A DNA stretch of 55,442 nucleotides, taken from a virus. Its lineage: Duplodnaviria; Caudoviricetes. Below the pieces are notes generated by a model, which was not told where the DNA came from, did not search any database, and saw only the letters and a program-made list of their open reading frames with translations. The stretch covers positions 1-55,442 of IMG/VR virus record IMGVR_UViG_3300031566_000041; one strand, given 5' to 3'. The translations under genes were made by a program, and so were the position numbers. Within the stretch, counting starts at the first letter, position 1; each line of letters starts with the position of its first letter. Of this stretch, positions 35,072 through 44,515 are shown in pieces.

Positions 35072-35417
35072 CCGCGAAAAATCATTGGTCGCCGAGGACG
35101 TGCGGGACTTGATCCTGGCCTCGGACCAGGAGGCCACGCAACTGTGCGCCGTGCCGGGCGAGCGGCTCTATGGTTCGGACGATGTCTCCTATGAGGCGGT
35201 TCGGACATTCCCTCTGGAGTTTATCGAGACGCCGCCCGAGGACCTGGCCCAGAAGATCGACGCCAGCGCGTGCGTCCTGCCTGACCTGGACATCAAGGCC
35301 GAGGACCGGATCAATGTCGGCGACGACAAGTTCCGGGTCCAGGCTGTCCAGGAAGAGCGCTGTTTCGGAGTGGTCACCCACAAGGTGATCAAACTGGTGA
35401 GGCTTCATGGGCGCTAA
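35055..35417 (+). CDS. Putative head closure protein
   Basis: 120 aa, DIKAEDRI..FRVQAV beta motif; synteny. Confidence 0.6.
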   Translation: MNLLSDREKSLVAEDVRDLILASDQEATQLCAVPGERLYGSDDVSYEAVRTFPLEFIETPPEDLAQKIDASACVLPDLDIKAEDRINVGDDKFRVQAVQEERCFGVVTHKVIKLVRLHGR

Positions 35418-35892
35418 GCAATTCGGCAATTGGGACAAGGCCAAGGCGAAGCTGGCCAACAACCCCGGCGCTCGCCTGGCCAATGCCATCCGCGCGGCCA
35501 CGATCAAGAACGCGATCTTTCTAGTGCGCGAGATCAAGCGCGGCATCAAGAGCCAGGCCCCCGGCGGCAAGCCCTTCGTGGAACTGGCCGCGAGCACCAT
35601 CCTGAAGAAGGGATCGAGCAAGGCCCTGATCGACACCGGCTTCCTGGTGAACTCGATCACCCAGCGGATCATGGCGGACCGGGCATTCGTGGGTCTGCTC
35701 AAGGGCACGGTGAACAAGGACGGCGAGGACATGGTGAACATCGGCGCGGTCATGGAATACGGGGCCACGATCAATCACCCCAACGGCGCGGTGATCGTGA
35801 TCCCGCCCCGGCCATTCCTGCATCCGGTGATGGAGAAATACCAGGACCAGGTGATCGAGAACTACCGGCAGGCGATCCGGTCAGTCCTGTAG
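35407..35892 (+). CDS. Neck/tail completion protein (virion morphogenesis family)
   Basis: LAASTILKKGSSKALIDTG.L.NSI, EYG, IPPRPFL motifs. Confidence 0.8.
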   Translation: MGAKQFGNWDKAKAKLANNPGARLANAIRAATIKNAIFLVREIKRGIKSQAPGGKPFVELAASTILKKGSSKALIDTGFLVNSITQRIMADRAFVGLLKGTVNKDGEDMVNIGAVMEYGATINHPNGAVIVIPPRPFLHPVMEKYQDQVIENYRQAIRSVL

Positions 35893-35900
35893 AGGAAAAA

Positions 35901-36449
35901 ATGGACACGGTTCGGACAGTGATTGAAAGTTTCATCCGCCTGGTCAAGGCGGAGATACACTCGGACGCGGTGCTGGTGGCCTCGGACGATGTGTTCGTAG
36001 TTCCCAATGTGCCGAGTGTGGTGCTGCAGGGCCCGACCCTGGTGGAGGACGGCGACCGCCGGTCGCAGGTGAAGTTGATAGAGAAGGACGTCCCGCAACT
36101 TTCTTACGAGGAGTGCAAGTCGCCGAGGCTTTACCACCTGGACTTTGACGTGATCGTGACCACGGGCAACGAGGCGGCGCTGCTGGACTTGCAGGAGAAG
36201 GTTGCCCGCTTCTACCAGCTGCACCCGATCTTGGCGGTCGCGGATCGCGGATCGTTGAACGTAACCGAGTTGGTCCCCCTGGGCGGCCTCAACCGAGTAA
36301 ACCTCTCCAACCTCCGGCAGAGTTCGGGCCGATGCCGGATCGAGGATTGCCCGATCTACGACGGCCTGGTGAGGAATGGCAAGCTCGTCCGGGACGTGAC
36401 CTTCCAGTTCCGCGACGGCGTGATCGAGGAAATCACCTACACCCCATAA
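35901..36449 (+). CDS. Putative tail terminator protein
   Basis: Start ATG 35901 behind GAGG; synteny before the sheath gene. Confidence 0.55.
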   Translation: MDTVRTVIESFIRLVKAEIHSDAVLVASDDVFVVPNVPSVVLQGPTLVEDGDRRSQVKLIEKDVPQLSYEECKSPRLYHLDFDVIVTTGNEAALLDLQEKVARFYQLHPILAVADRGSLNVTELVPLGGLNRVNLSNLRQSSGRCRIEDCPIYDGLVRNGKLVRDVTFQFRDGVIEEITYTP

Positions 36450-36466
36450 CAAGAGGAGGAGCATAC

Positions 36467-36742
36467 ATGATCGAAATCAAGAACCTGATGTTTCAGCCGC
36501 TCACCTTCCACCTGGCGGGGAGCGGCCAGAGCCTGTATCTCAATCCCCGCGAGCGGCGGGCGATCAGCGAGGAAAAAATCTCCCCGGAGATAAAGATGGC
36601 GGAGAAGCGGGGATTTGTTTCCTTCGCCGACATTGGAGACCCGACCGAGGACACGCCCCCGGCAAGCGCTCCGGCGGTTGAACCATCGCCCCCGGAAGCG
36701 GAGTCTCCCGCCAAAACCGCCCCGCGCCGGAAAAGGAGGTAA
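36467..36742 (+). CDS. Small hypothetical virion protein
   Basis: ATG 36467 behind GAGGAGG; Pro-rich/basic tail. Confidence 0.65.
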   Translation: MIEIKNLMFQPLTFHLAGSGQSLYLNPRERRAISEEKISPEIKMAEKRGFVSFADIGDPTEDTPPASAPAVEPSPPEAESPAKTAPRRKRR

Positions 36743-36745
36743 ATC

Positions 36746-38605
36746 ATGGGCAGCTATCTTTCGCCAGGCATCTATACCCGCGAGATCGATTTCAGCTATT
36801 ACGTGAAGCAGATTTCGACCTCGTCCTGCGGCATGATCGGAGTGGCCGAACGCGGTCCGATCAACAAGGCGGTCCTCGTCACCAGCTGGGAGCAGTTCGT
36901 TCGCAAGTTCGGCTCGTACTACAAGTACGGCTACCTGGGTTATGCGGCCCGGGCGTTCTTCGACAACGGCGGTCAGGTGCTCTACGTAAACCGGATCGCC
37001 CACCTCACCGATCCCACGGACCGAAACAGCCTCACCGCTAAGAAGGCCAACGTCACGCTCAAGAACCCGTTGGGAGCGGCGGCCACTCTGGTCACCGGCA
37101 CACCGGGCCTTGACGAGATTCACTGGCAAGCCAAAACGCCGGGCGCGGCCGGCAACGATATCAGGATCGAGTTGGCGACCTGGCCCGTGCCCAATCCCAC
37201 GTGCTACATCGTGGTTTATGATCGATCCATCAACGTCCAGTTAGCCACCGATGAATCCGGGGCTTCGATCACCACCGCCGACCAGGTCGTCGCCGCCATT
37301 GCCAACAGCCCCGAGGCCTCGGCGCTGGTGGAGGCTACCACCACCGAGCGGGGCCTGGTGCCTCCCGCGCCCTCGGCCAACTTTACCGGCGGCGTGGACG
37401 GCGTGGACCGGCTGCGGATTGACGCGATTGACGAGGGAACCTGGGGCCAGAACATCGCGGTCGTGATTGAGCCGGGCACGCTCGATCCAGACAATAACTT
37501 CAACCTGGTGGTCCGCTACAAGAACCAGGTGGTCGAGGTGTACAAGGACCTCTCGATGGATGAGAGCGCCGCGAACCACGTCGAGTTGATGATCAATCAG
37601 CGGTCGGATTTCATCACCGTGGCGGACTTGAACCAGGACTCGGGGTCGGCAGCGGACCGCCCAACGGTGGGGCAGTTCTCGCTCCAAGGCGGGGACGATG
37701 GACTTGCCTGTATCGGCGATGTTGACTGCACCGGCGATCCATCCCAGCACACCGGCTTCTATGCCTTTGACGAGATCGACGCCTTGAACATCCTGATGGT
37801 CCCTGGCGTCACCACCGCGACCGTCATCAATGGCGGCATCACCTACGCCGAGAACCGCAAAGACCTGATCTACCTCGCGGATGCGCCCATTCTCCTGGAG
37901 CCGCTCGAAGCGGTGGACTTCCGCAAGGGCCAGGGCATGTACAACCATGCCGCGTTCAACTCGTCCTATGCCGCGCTCTACTACCCCTGGCTCGAGATCA
38001 TGGACCCCATGACCGGCAAGAAAATGCTCGTGCCGCCCACGGGCGCGGTCGCGGGATGTTACGCCCGCAACGACGAGAAGACCTACGTCTGGTATGCGCC
38101 CGCGGGCATTGACCGGGGCCGTGTGTTCAACACTCTGTCTGTGGCCTACAAGACCAGCCGGGGCGAACGGGACGTGCTCTACCCCGAGGGCGTGAACGTG
38201 ATCGCGGTCTTCCCGGATAGCGGGATCAATATCTGGGGCCAGAAGACCCTGCAGAGCCAGCCCTCGGCTCTGGACCGGGTTAACGTCCGCCGGCTCATGC
38301 TCTACATGGAGGAGGCCATCGCTGAGTCCGCCCGGTTCGTGGTGTTCGAGCCGAACAACCCGCAGACCTGGCGGGCGCTCATTCGGCTGATCAATCCCTT
38401 CCTGCAGGACATCAAGGACAAGGGCGGCCTGTACGACTTCGCGGTCCAGTGCGACGAGGAGACCAACACCCCGGCGGTGATTGACCGAAACGAAATGGTG
38501 GCGCGGATTTTCGTCAAGCCCACCAAGACGGCGGAGTTCATCGAGTTGAACTTCGTGCTCACCACCACTGGGGCCGACTTCAAGGAAATCTTCACCACCG
38601 CCTAA
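36746..38605 (+). CDS. Contractile tail sheath protein
   Basis: YLSPGIYTRE, YAALYYPW, WYAPAG, IWGQKTL, VNVRRL, VFEPN, PTKTAEFI. Confidence 0.95.
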   Translation: MGSYLSPGIYTREIDFSYYVKQISTSSCGMIGVAERGPINKAVLVTSWEQFVRKFGSYYKYGYLGYAARAFFDNGGQVLYVNRIAHLTDPTDRNSLTAKKANVTLKNPLGAAATLVTGTPGLDEIHWQAKTPGAAGNDIRIELATWPVPNPTCYIVVYDRSINVQLATDESGASITTADQVVAAIANSPEASALVEATTTERGLVPPAPSANFTGGVDGVDRLRIDAIDEGTWGQNIAVVIEPGTLDPDNNFNLVVRYKNQVVEVYKDLSMDESAANHVELMINQRSDFITVADLNQDSGSAADRPTVGQFSLQGGDDGLACIGDVDCTGDPSQHTGFYAFDEIDALNILMVPGVTTATVINGGITYAENRKDLIYLADAPILLEPLEAVDFRKGQGMYNHAAFNSSYAALYYPWLEIMDPMTGKKMLVPPTGAVAGCYARNDEKTYVWYAPAGIDRGRVFNTLSVAYKTSRGERDVLYPEGVNVIAVFPDSGINIWGQKTLQSQPSALDRVNVRRLMLYMEEAIAESARFVVFEPNNPQTWRALIRLINPFLQDIKDKGGLYDFAVQCDEETNTPAVIDRNEMVARIFVKPTKTAEFIELNFVLTTTGADFKEIFTTA

Positions 38606-38618
38606 GGAGGTTTGCAAA

Positions 38619-39080
38619 ATGCGTAGCGGAAACATGCCGAAGAGCCTTTACCAGAACTGGCAGTTCGCCATCGAGGTAAACGGTTTTGACGTGGCTCTGT
38701 TCAAGAAGGGCCAGGAGCCGAAGACCGAGTTCGAGGAGGTGACGTTCGCGCCGGGCGGCTCGATGTTCGACCAGAAGGTCGCGGGCCGGGTCAAGTTCGA
38801 GGACATCACCCTGGAGAAGGGCATTCTCCAGGACGGCTCGGACGAGTCGGCGCGGGACTGGATTAAAAAGCAGGTGGACGTGAACGCGGTGACCGGCGGC
38901 CTGCCCGCGGACTACATGCGCGATATCGACATCGTGCGCTACGACCGCACCGGCGATGAGACCCGGCGATGGACGCTCCACGGCGCGTGGGTCAAGGTGC
39001 TGGAGTACGACGAACTCGAAGGGGCCAACACCGAGAACACTATCGAGAAGCTCACCATCTGCTTCCAATACTGGACCTGA
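38619..39080 (+). CDS. Tail tube protein (T4 gp19/Afp1-like)
   Basis: F.IEVNG, GRVKFEDITLEKG, RWTLHGAW, IEKLTI. Confidence 0.9.
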   Translation: MRSGNMPKSLYQNWQFAIEVNGFDVALFKKGQEPKTEFEEVTFAPGGSMFDQKVAGRVKFEDITLEKGILQDGSDESARDWIKKQVDVNAVTGGLPADYMRDIDIVRYDRTGDETRRWTLHGAWVKVLEYDELEGANTENTIEKLTICFQYWT

Positions 39081-39092
39081 TTGGAGTAAGCC

Positions 39093-39770
39093 ATGCATAC
39101 TTTTCAACTGCCCAGCGGGATCGAGGTCGAACTCCGGGAGATGACCGGGGCCGAGGAAGAACTGCTCACCAACCAGCGGCTCATCCGCACCGGGGACGCG
39201 GTGAACCAGGTGCTCAAGAACTGCGTGCTACGCCTGGGCGAGAACGCCAAGCCGGGCATGAAGGAAATCCTCGATCTCCTCTCCGGCGACCGGCTCTTCA
39301 TCCTGGTGAAGCTCCGGCAGATTTCGCTCGGTGAGGAAGTGGACCTCGAACTGGTCTGTCCGAACACGGCCTGCCGCGAGGCCAACCTCACGAGCGTCAA
39401 CCTCGAAGAGTTGAAGCTCACGCCCTACGGCAAGGACCGTGAGTTCACCTTCAAGCTCCCCGGCTCTAACCGGAAGGTCAAGTTCATGCATCTCGACGGC
39501 AACATGGAGAAACGCTTGGCTTCCCTGAAAGAGCCTTCCATCACCTCGGCCATGTTGATGCGCATCGTGGAGATCGACGGCAAGCCGCCGACGCGGAAGC
39601 TGATGGCCGAGATGTCCTTGCGGGACCGGAGCGCGCTCCGCCAGGAGATGGCGCGAGTGGATGCTGGCATTGACACGGTTGTGGAAGTGGATTGCGAAAG
39701 TTGCGGAGCGCGCATCCGGACCCGCCTGGAGGCCGAACCGGGTTTTTTGTTCCCCGGAGTTCGCTTGTAA
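39093..39770 (+). CDS. Tail assembly chaperone (G; T4 gp26-like)
   Basis: LPSG..LREMTG.EE..L, GDR.F.L..LR..S.G, two CxxC-type motifs; lies between the tube and tape measure genes. Confidence 0.8.
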   Translation: MHTFQLPSGIEVELREMTGAEEELLTNQRLIRTGDAVNQVLKNCVLRLGENAKPGMKEILDLLSGDRLFILVKLRQISLGEEVDLELVCPNTACREANLTSVNLEELKLTPYGKDREFTFKLPGSNRKVKFMHLDGNMEKRLASLKEPSITSAMLMRIVEIDGKPPTRKLMAEMSLRDRSALRQEMARVDAGIDTVVEVDCESCGARIRTRLEAEPGFLFPGVRL

Positions 39771-39919
39771 GGGACGCTTTCTTCCTGGCTTACGGCGGAC
39801 TGCACTGGGAATATTCCGAGGTAATGGCGCTGCCGCTTCGGGTCCGCGCGGAATTCGTGGAGGCCCTGGAGCGGCAGCTTGCCTTTGAGAAGGAACAATT
39901 GGAGCGCGGACGGAAATGA
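39740..39919 (+). CDS. -1 frameshift extension of the tail chaperone (GT product)
   Basis: Slippery G GGT TTT at 39740-39746 in the G frame; the -1 frame reads ..FFLAYGGLHWEYSEVMALPLRVR.. to stop 39919. Confidence 0.8.
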   Translation, partial: GFFVPRSSLVRDAFFLAYGGLHWEYSEVMALPLRVRAEFVEALERQLAFEKEQLERGRK

Positions 39920-42900
39920 ACGGCGATCTCGGTCTTGGTCTCATCGTCTCGATGAAGGACGCGTTCTCCCAGAACGCGGCCCGCATCCAGTCGTCCATGA
40001 TGTCCCTGGACGGGACCGTGGCGGCTTCAAGCGAGCGCATGACCAAGAACCTCGACCGCATCCAGAAAGGCACCATGATGATCGGGGCCGGACTCGCGCT
40101 TATGGCCATGCCCGCAGCCCTCATTGCTTCCACCGCCGCCACACAAAAGGCCCTGGGCGAGATGGCCTCCCTCGGAACCAAAGACCTCCGCGCTCTCGAA
40201 GACGCGGCCGAGAGCTTCACCAACACCTGGGCCGGGAGCAGCAAGGCGGAATTCATTGGCGCGGCCTATGACGTCAAATCCGCGCTCGCCAACCTGAGCG
40301 ACGAGGCGGTGGGGACCTTCTCCGCGATGGCCGCGCTTACCGCCAAGGCAACCAAGGCCAGTATCCAGGAGATGGTAGGCACCTTCACCACCGGCTACGG
40401 CATCTTCAAGCCGATCATGGCGGACATGACTGACATGGAATGGGCCAAGGCCTTTTCCGGGGGCATGGCCCAGACCGTGGCCGTGTTCAAGACCACTGGC
40501 GCGGGAATGGCCGAGGCCATCAAGAACATCGGCGCGGTGGCCGCCTCATCCAACATTCCCCTCGCGGAACAGATGGCCATCCTTGGACAGCTGCAGACGA
40601 CCATGCCCGGGTCCGAGGCCGGGACACTCTACAAGGCCTTCATCATGAAGGCGGCCGAGGCCTCGAACGAACTGGGGGTTTCCCTGGTGGACTCCAGCGG
40701 ACGCTTGAAGGGCATCATCCCGATCCTTGAAGAGATCAAAAAGAAATACCCCGACCTCTCCCAGGCTGCGGCCCAAGTCGAAATCAAGAAGGCCTTCGGG
40801 TCGGACGAGGCGGTGAAATTCCTGCTGCAGATGTCCCAGGGCATGGAAGCCCTGGGGGGCAACATCCGCTCCATCGAGCAGGCCATGAAGAGCGGCACCG
40901 CCGTGACCGAGGAAATGGCCCGGGCCATGAACATGGACATCGGCTCGCAGTTCCAACTAGTCAGACAACAGGTGAGCAACCTCTTCGAGATACTCGGGCG
41001 GACGCTTTTGCCCGTCGTCATCCCCGTCATCCAGGGCGTCTCGCAGATGATCCTGTTCTTGCAGAAGCTTGCCAAGTCCATGCCGGGCGTGACCCGCGCG
41101 GTCCTCACCTTCAGCATGGCCCTCGGCGCGGTGCTCGTGGTCGTGGGCGGCGTGATCGCGGCGGTCGGGACCATCGGCGTGGCGCTGCCGGCGATCAAGG
41201 CCGGGATCGTGGCAATGGGAGCTTCTTTGTCCGGCGTCGGGGCCGCGATTGCCACTTACTTCCTGCCGGTCGTGGCCGTGATCGGCGGAGTGATCCTCGC
41301 GGTCTATCTCCTGAAGCGGGCCTGGGAGACGAACTTCGCGGGCATCCGGGACACAGTCATGGGCGCTTGGAACAAGGTGCAGCTGGTCTTCCAGGGGATC
41401 AGGACACTTATATCTTCGCTCAAGGACGGGACCGGGCAAATGTCGGCGGACCTGGCGCAGAAGCTCGAGGCCGCGGGCCTCATGGGACTCGTGACCACAG
41501 TGTTCAGGATTTACTACCGGGTGCGCCAGTTTCTGGCCGGACTCCACCAGGCATTCGCGCATGCCTTCGAGCGGATCGGGGCCATCCTCGGACCGGCAGT
41601 GCGCTCGCTGCTGCAAGCCTACGGCGCATTATATAAAGCGATCTTCTCGGTGATCGGGATCTTCGGCATGGCCGCGACCTCGGCGGACGCCTCGACCTAC
41701 AAGAAGCTGGGCCAGGCGCTCGGCACGGTGATCGGCGTAATTGCCCAGGTCGGGGCCTTCATTGTGAAGTGCGTTATCAACCAATTGGTGTTCGTCATCA
41801 AGGTGGTGACGGCAGTGGTGCGCGCCGTGGTCTGGATGGCCACGACCATCATCGGCGCTTTCATCGCGGCGGCCCAGTTCGTCTTCAAATTCTTCCTGCC
41901 GCTTCGCCTGCTGGTCCAGGCCTTACAGCTGGCGGCGCGGGCGGCCTACATCGTGTGGCAGGTACTCTCGGGCGACATCTCGGTGCTGGAGGGCCTCAAG
42001 TCCTTCGCCGGCGCGGTGTTCGACTATCTGGCCACGCCGTTCTTCTGGGTCCGCGACATCATCGTGGCGGTGTGGGAGTCCATCAAAGGACTGTTCCTCA
42101 CGGTGGGGACCTTCTTCAAGGAAGCGGCTGGAACCATCGCCTCGGCGTTCATGAACCTGCCGCTCGTGCGGATGCTGGCCGACGTGATCGGGACCGCTCG
42201 CAGCTTTTTCGCGGGTGATGTCACTTTCCTCGAGGCGGGCAAGCGCATGATGTTCGCTCTGGGCAAGGGGATTCTCGCGGCGGCGACTTATCCCTTCACC
42301 ATGCTCAAGAACGCGATCGGCTACTTGCGAAGGCTTCTGCCCTTCTCTGACGCGGAGACCGGCCCGCTTTCTACCCTCACCGCCTCGGGCGCGGCCCTTT
42401 TGAAGACGTTTTCTCTGGGAATGATGGGGACTGTGTTCTTGCCAGCCAAGGTGCTGGGTCTCGCGCTCAAGGGAGTGCTCGCTGGCGCTGTATTCATCCG
42501 GGACCGGCTCAAGACGCTGGGAAGCGGGATCATATCCTCGATCACTCAACCTTTCAGCAAGGGGACGGAACTCGCCTCGACCGTCTGGCAGAAGATCAAA
42601 GGCCCTGGCGCTGGAATTATTGAGGCGCTTGCGGCTCCATTTCAAACGCTGGGCAACACGGTGAACACGCTATGGCAAGGCGTGAGCAACGCAGCCGCAA
42701 ACTTCTGGACCGGTTTGAGGGACCTCGCCGGGTCCGCCTGGTCGCAGATAAGCTCTCCGTTTTCGATGATCGCGGACACCGCGACCGCCGCCTGGAGTAG
42801 AATCACCAACGGAGCATCTTCAGCTTGGGGAAGACTCAAATCAATGGCGGCCACTGCAAGCAGTTGGATCAGGGCCCCGTTCGAGGGAGTCGCTTCAATC

Positions 42901-43590
42901 GCTTCCACGACTTGGGAAAAGATCAAGGCCGGAATTACAGACTGGGGCAAGTCCGGTATTGAAATGACGAGGCGGGGTATTGCCGCTGGCGGAGAAAGCA
43001 TCGGCGAGCGGGTTTCCGTTCCCTTCAAAACAGCGAGAGCCGCAGAGTTACCCAAGTTGCCCAAACCTGAAATCCCGATCAAGCCGAGTTTCAGCTTGCC
43101 CAAGGTCCAAGAAGTCATCAAGGCTTTGGGAAGCGGAATCAACACAGCCGTCCAACTTCCGGTCAAAGTAATCGAACGAGCTACCGAGGTCGTCGGCAGC
43201 CCGATGAAAAACCTGGCCGCGCCCGCGCTCCTGGCCGGGACCTTGGTTCTGACCCCAGTGCTCTCCGGCGCGATCCCGGAGATCGGCGGTCCCGCGCCGG
43301 TTATCGCCGGTCGCCGGGAAGCGATTGAACCCTTGAGACCGACCGAGCGGCAATCGCAACTCCTTGCCGAGACTCGCGGCGCTCTCACTTCAGGTCCACG
43401 CGAAGGAGCGTCTGGCGCTCCGCCGGAGAACCTCGCCTCGATCCTGGAGGCAATCCTCGCCAAGCTGGACGCGGTCTCCGACCGGCCGATTGACCTGCGG
43501 GTGACGACCACGCTTGACGGCCGCCAGATCGCCCAGGCCGTGTACAAGGACCTGCGCGAGCGCAAGGTCAAGAACTACGAGACTTCGTGA
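39916..43590 (+). CDS. Tape measure protein (TP901-type core)
   Basis: 1224 aa, Ala/Gly-rich, GSEAGT and FGSDEA motifs, hydrophobic segments, periodic W/F repeats, LDGRQIA terminus. Confidence 0.92.
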   Translation: MNGDLGLGLIVSMKDAFSQNAARIQSSMMSLDGTVAASSERMTKNLDRIQKGTMMIGAGLALMAMPAALIASTAATQKALGEMASLGTKDLRALEDAAESFTNTWAGSSKAEFIGAAYDVKSALANLSDEAVGTFSAMAALTAKATKASIQEMVGTFTTGYGIFKPIMADMTDMEWAKAFSGGMAQTVAVFKTTGAGMAEAIKNIGAVAASSNIPLAEQMAILGQLQTTMPGSEAGTLYKAFIMKAAEASNELGVSLVDSSGRLKGIIPILEEIKKKYPDLSQAAAQVEIKKAFGSDEAVKFLLQMSQGMEALGGNIRSIEQAMKSGTAVTEEMARAMNMDIGSQFQLVRQQVSNLFEILGRTLLPVVIPVIQGVSQMILFLQKLAKSMPGVTRAVLTFSMALGAVLVVVGGVIAAVGTIGVALPAIKAGIVAMGASLSGVGAAIATYFLPVVAVIGGVILAVYLLKRAWETNFAGIRDTVMGAWNKVQLVFQGIRTLISSLKDGTGQMSADLAQKLEAAGLMGLVTTVFRIYYRVRQFLAGLHQAFAHAFERIGAILGPAVRSLLQAYGALYKAIFSVIGIFGMAATSADASTYKKLGQALGTVIGVIAQVGAFIVKCVINQLVFVIKVVTAVVRAVVWMATTIIGAFIAAAQFVFKFFLPLRLLVQALQLAARAAYIVWQVLSGDISVLEGLKSFAGAVFDYLATPFFWVRDIIVAVWESIKGLFLTVGTFFKEAAGTIASAFMNLPLVRMLADVIGTARSFFAGDVTFLEAGKRMMFALGKGILAAATYPFTMLKNAIGYLRRLLPFSDAETGPLSTLTASGAALLKTFSLGMMGTVFLPAKVLGLALKGVLAGAVFIRDRLKTLGSGIISSITQPFSKGTELASTVWQKIKGPGAGIIEALAAPFQTLGNTVNTLWQGVSNAAANFWTGLRDLAGSAWSQISSPFSMIADTATAAWSRITNGASSAWGRLKSMAATASSWIRAPFEGVASIASTTWEKIKAGITDWGKSGIEMTRRGIAAGGESIGERVSVPFKTARAAELPKLPKPEIPIKPSFSLPKVQEVIKALGSGINTAVQLPVKVIERATEVVGSPMKNLAAPALLAGTLVLTPVLSGAIPEIGGPAPVIAGRREAIEPLRPTERQSQLLAETRGALTSGPREGASGAPPENLASILEAILAKLDAVSDRPIDLRVTTTLDGRQIAQAVYKDLRERKVKNYETS

Positions 43591-43597
43591 GGCGCGC

Positions 43598-44068
43598 ATG
43601 GTCACCTATCGCAAGGAAACCACGGCCTACCTGGTGGACGTCGACACCGGCGAGTACCTGGCCTTCCAGTACAACCCCAACGACATCGGGGACGACAAGA
43701 GCACAGCCTACGCCGCAATCAAGATTCCGGGGATGAGTCATCCGCGCTACCAGTACGTGGCCGGCGAGCCACGCAAGCTCACCTTCAAGCTCTCCTTCTT
43801 CAAGCGGGACGTCAAGAAGAACGTGGAGTGGCTCCGTTCGCTCCTCTACCCCGAGCACGCCGGGACCATGCTCAAGAACGCGCCGCACCGGGTGCTGTTC
43901 ATGTTCGGCGATCTCTATCCGGGCGTGCTCTGCATCGTGAGCCAGGTCAAGGCCCGCTACTTCCACATGTTCGACCGGGACAATCTCCTGCCCCAACGCG
44001 CGGAGGTGGACGTAGTCCTGGAGGAATATGTGAGCGAGTCGGTGAACTACTCGGAGGTGCGGCCATGA
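43598..44068 (+). CDS. Tail tube initiator (CIS tube/Afp7-like)
   Basis: FQYNP, YQYVAGEPRKL.F.L.F, P.RAEV.V.L.EY. Start ATG 43598. Confidence 0.8.
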   Translation: MVTYRKETTAYLVDVDTGEYLAFQYNPNDIGDDKSTAYAAIKIPGMSHPRYQYVAGEPRKLTFKLSFFKRDVKKNVEWLRSLLYPEHAGTMLKNAPHRVLFMFGDLYPGVLCIVSQVKARYFHMFDRDNLLPQRAEVDVVLEEYVSESVNYSEVRP

Positions 44069-44355
44069 TCGGGCGCAATTCCCGGTACGCCTCGTCCATC
44101 CTCTACCAGGACGGCCCGGAGGAGTTCCTGGGCACGCGGCCCTTGATTGACACCACACCCCGGCCCGACGACCGCTTCCACACCGTGGTCGAGGGCGACC
44201 GCCTGGATGTCCTGGCTCACCACTACTTCGGACGGGCCGACCTGTGGTGGATCATCTGCGATTACAATGACATCTTCTTCCCCTTGGAACTGGAGACTGG
44301 CGCGGTCCTACGGATTCCTTCCCAGGAGCACGTCCAGATGCGAATTCTGGCTTGA
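44065..44355 (+). CDS. LysM-like baseplate wedge protein (tail X/gp53-like)
   Basis: HTVVEGDRLD.LA..YFG..LWW.I.D.N..L.IP. Start ATG 44065. Confidence 0.85.
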   Translation: MIGRNSRYASSILYQDGPEEFLGTRPLIDTTPRPDDRFHTVVEGDRLDVLAHHYFGRADLWWIICDYNDIFFPLELETGAVLRIPSQEHVQMRILA

Positions 44356-44437
44356 TAAATTTCACTCCTTTGTGAAATCCGGGTTAACTCGGATTTCCCC
44401 GCCAGCGGTGTTTGAAAAAAATCGCTCTCCGCCCAAC

Positions 44438-44475
44438 TTTTTTCCGACACTTTTGCCATCTCGCCGGTATATATC
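44438..44475 (+). promoter_or_regulatory. Putative phage sigma-dependent promoter (copy 7)
   Basis: TTTTTTCCGACA-cttttgccatctcgcc-GGTATATATC upstream of the baseplate/lysis operon. Confidence 0.75.
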
Positions 44476-44515
44476 CCCATGACCTTTTCAAAAGGTCGCG
44501 AGCGGAGCGCCGGAC

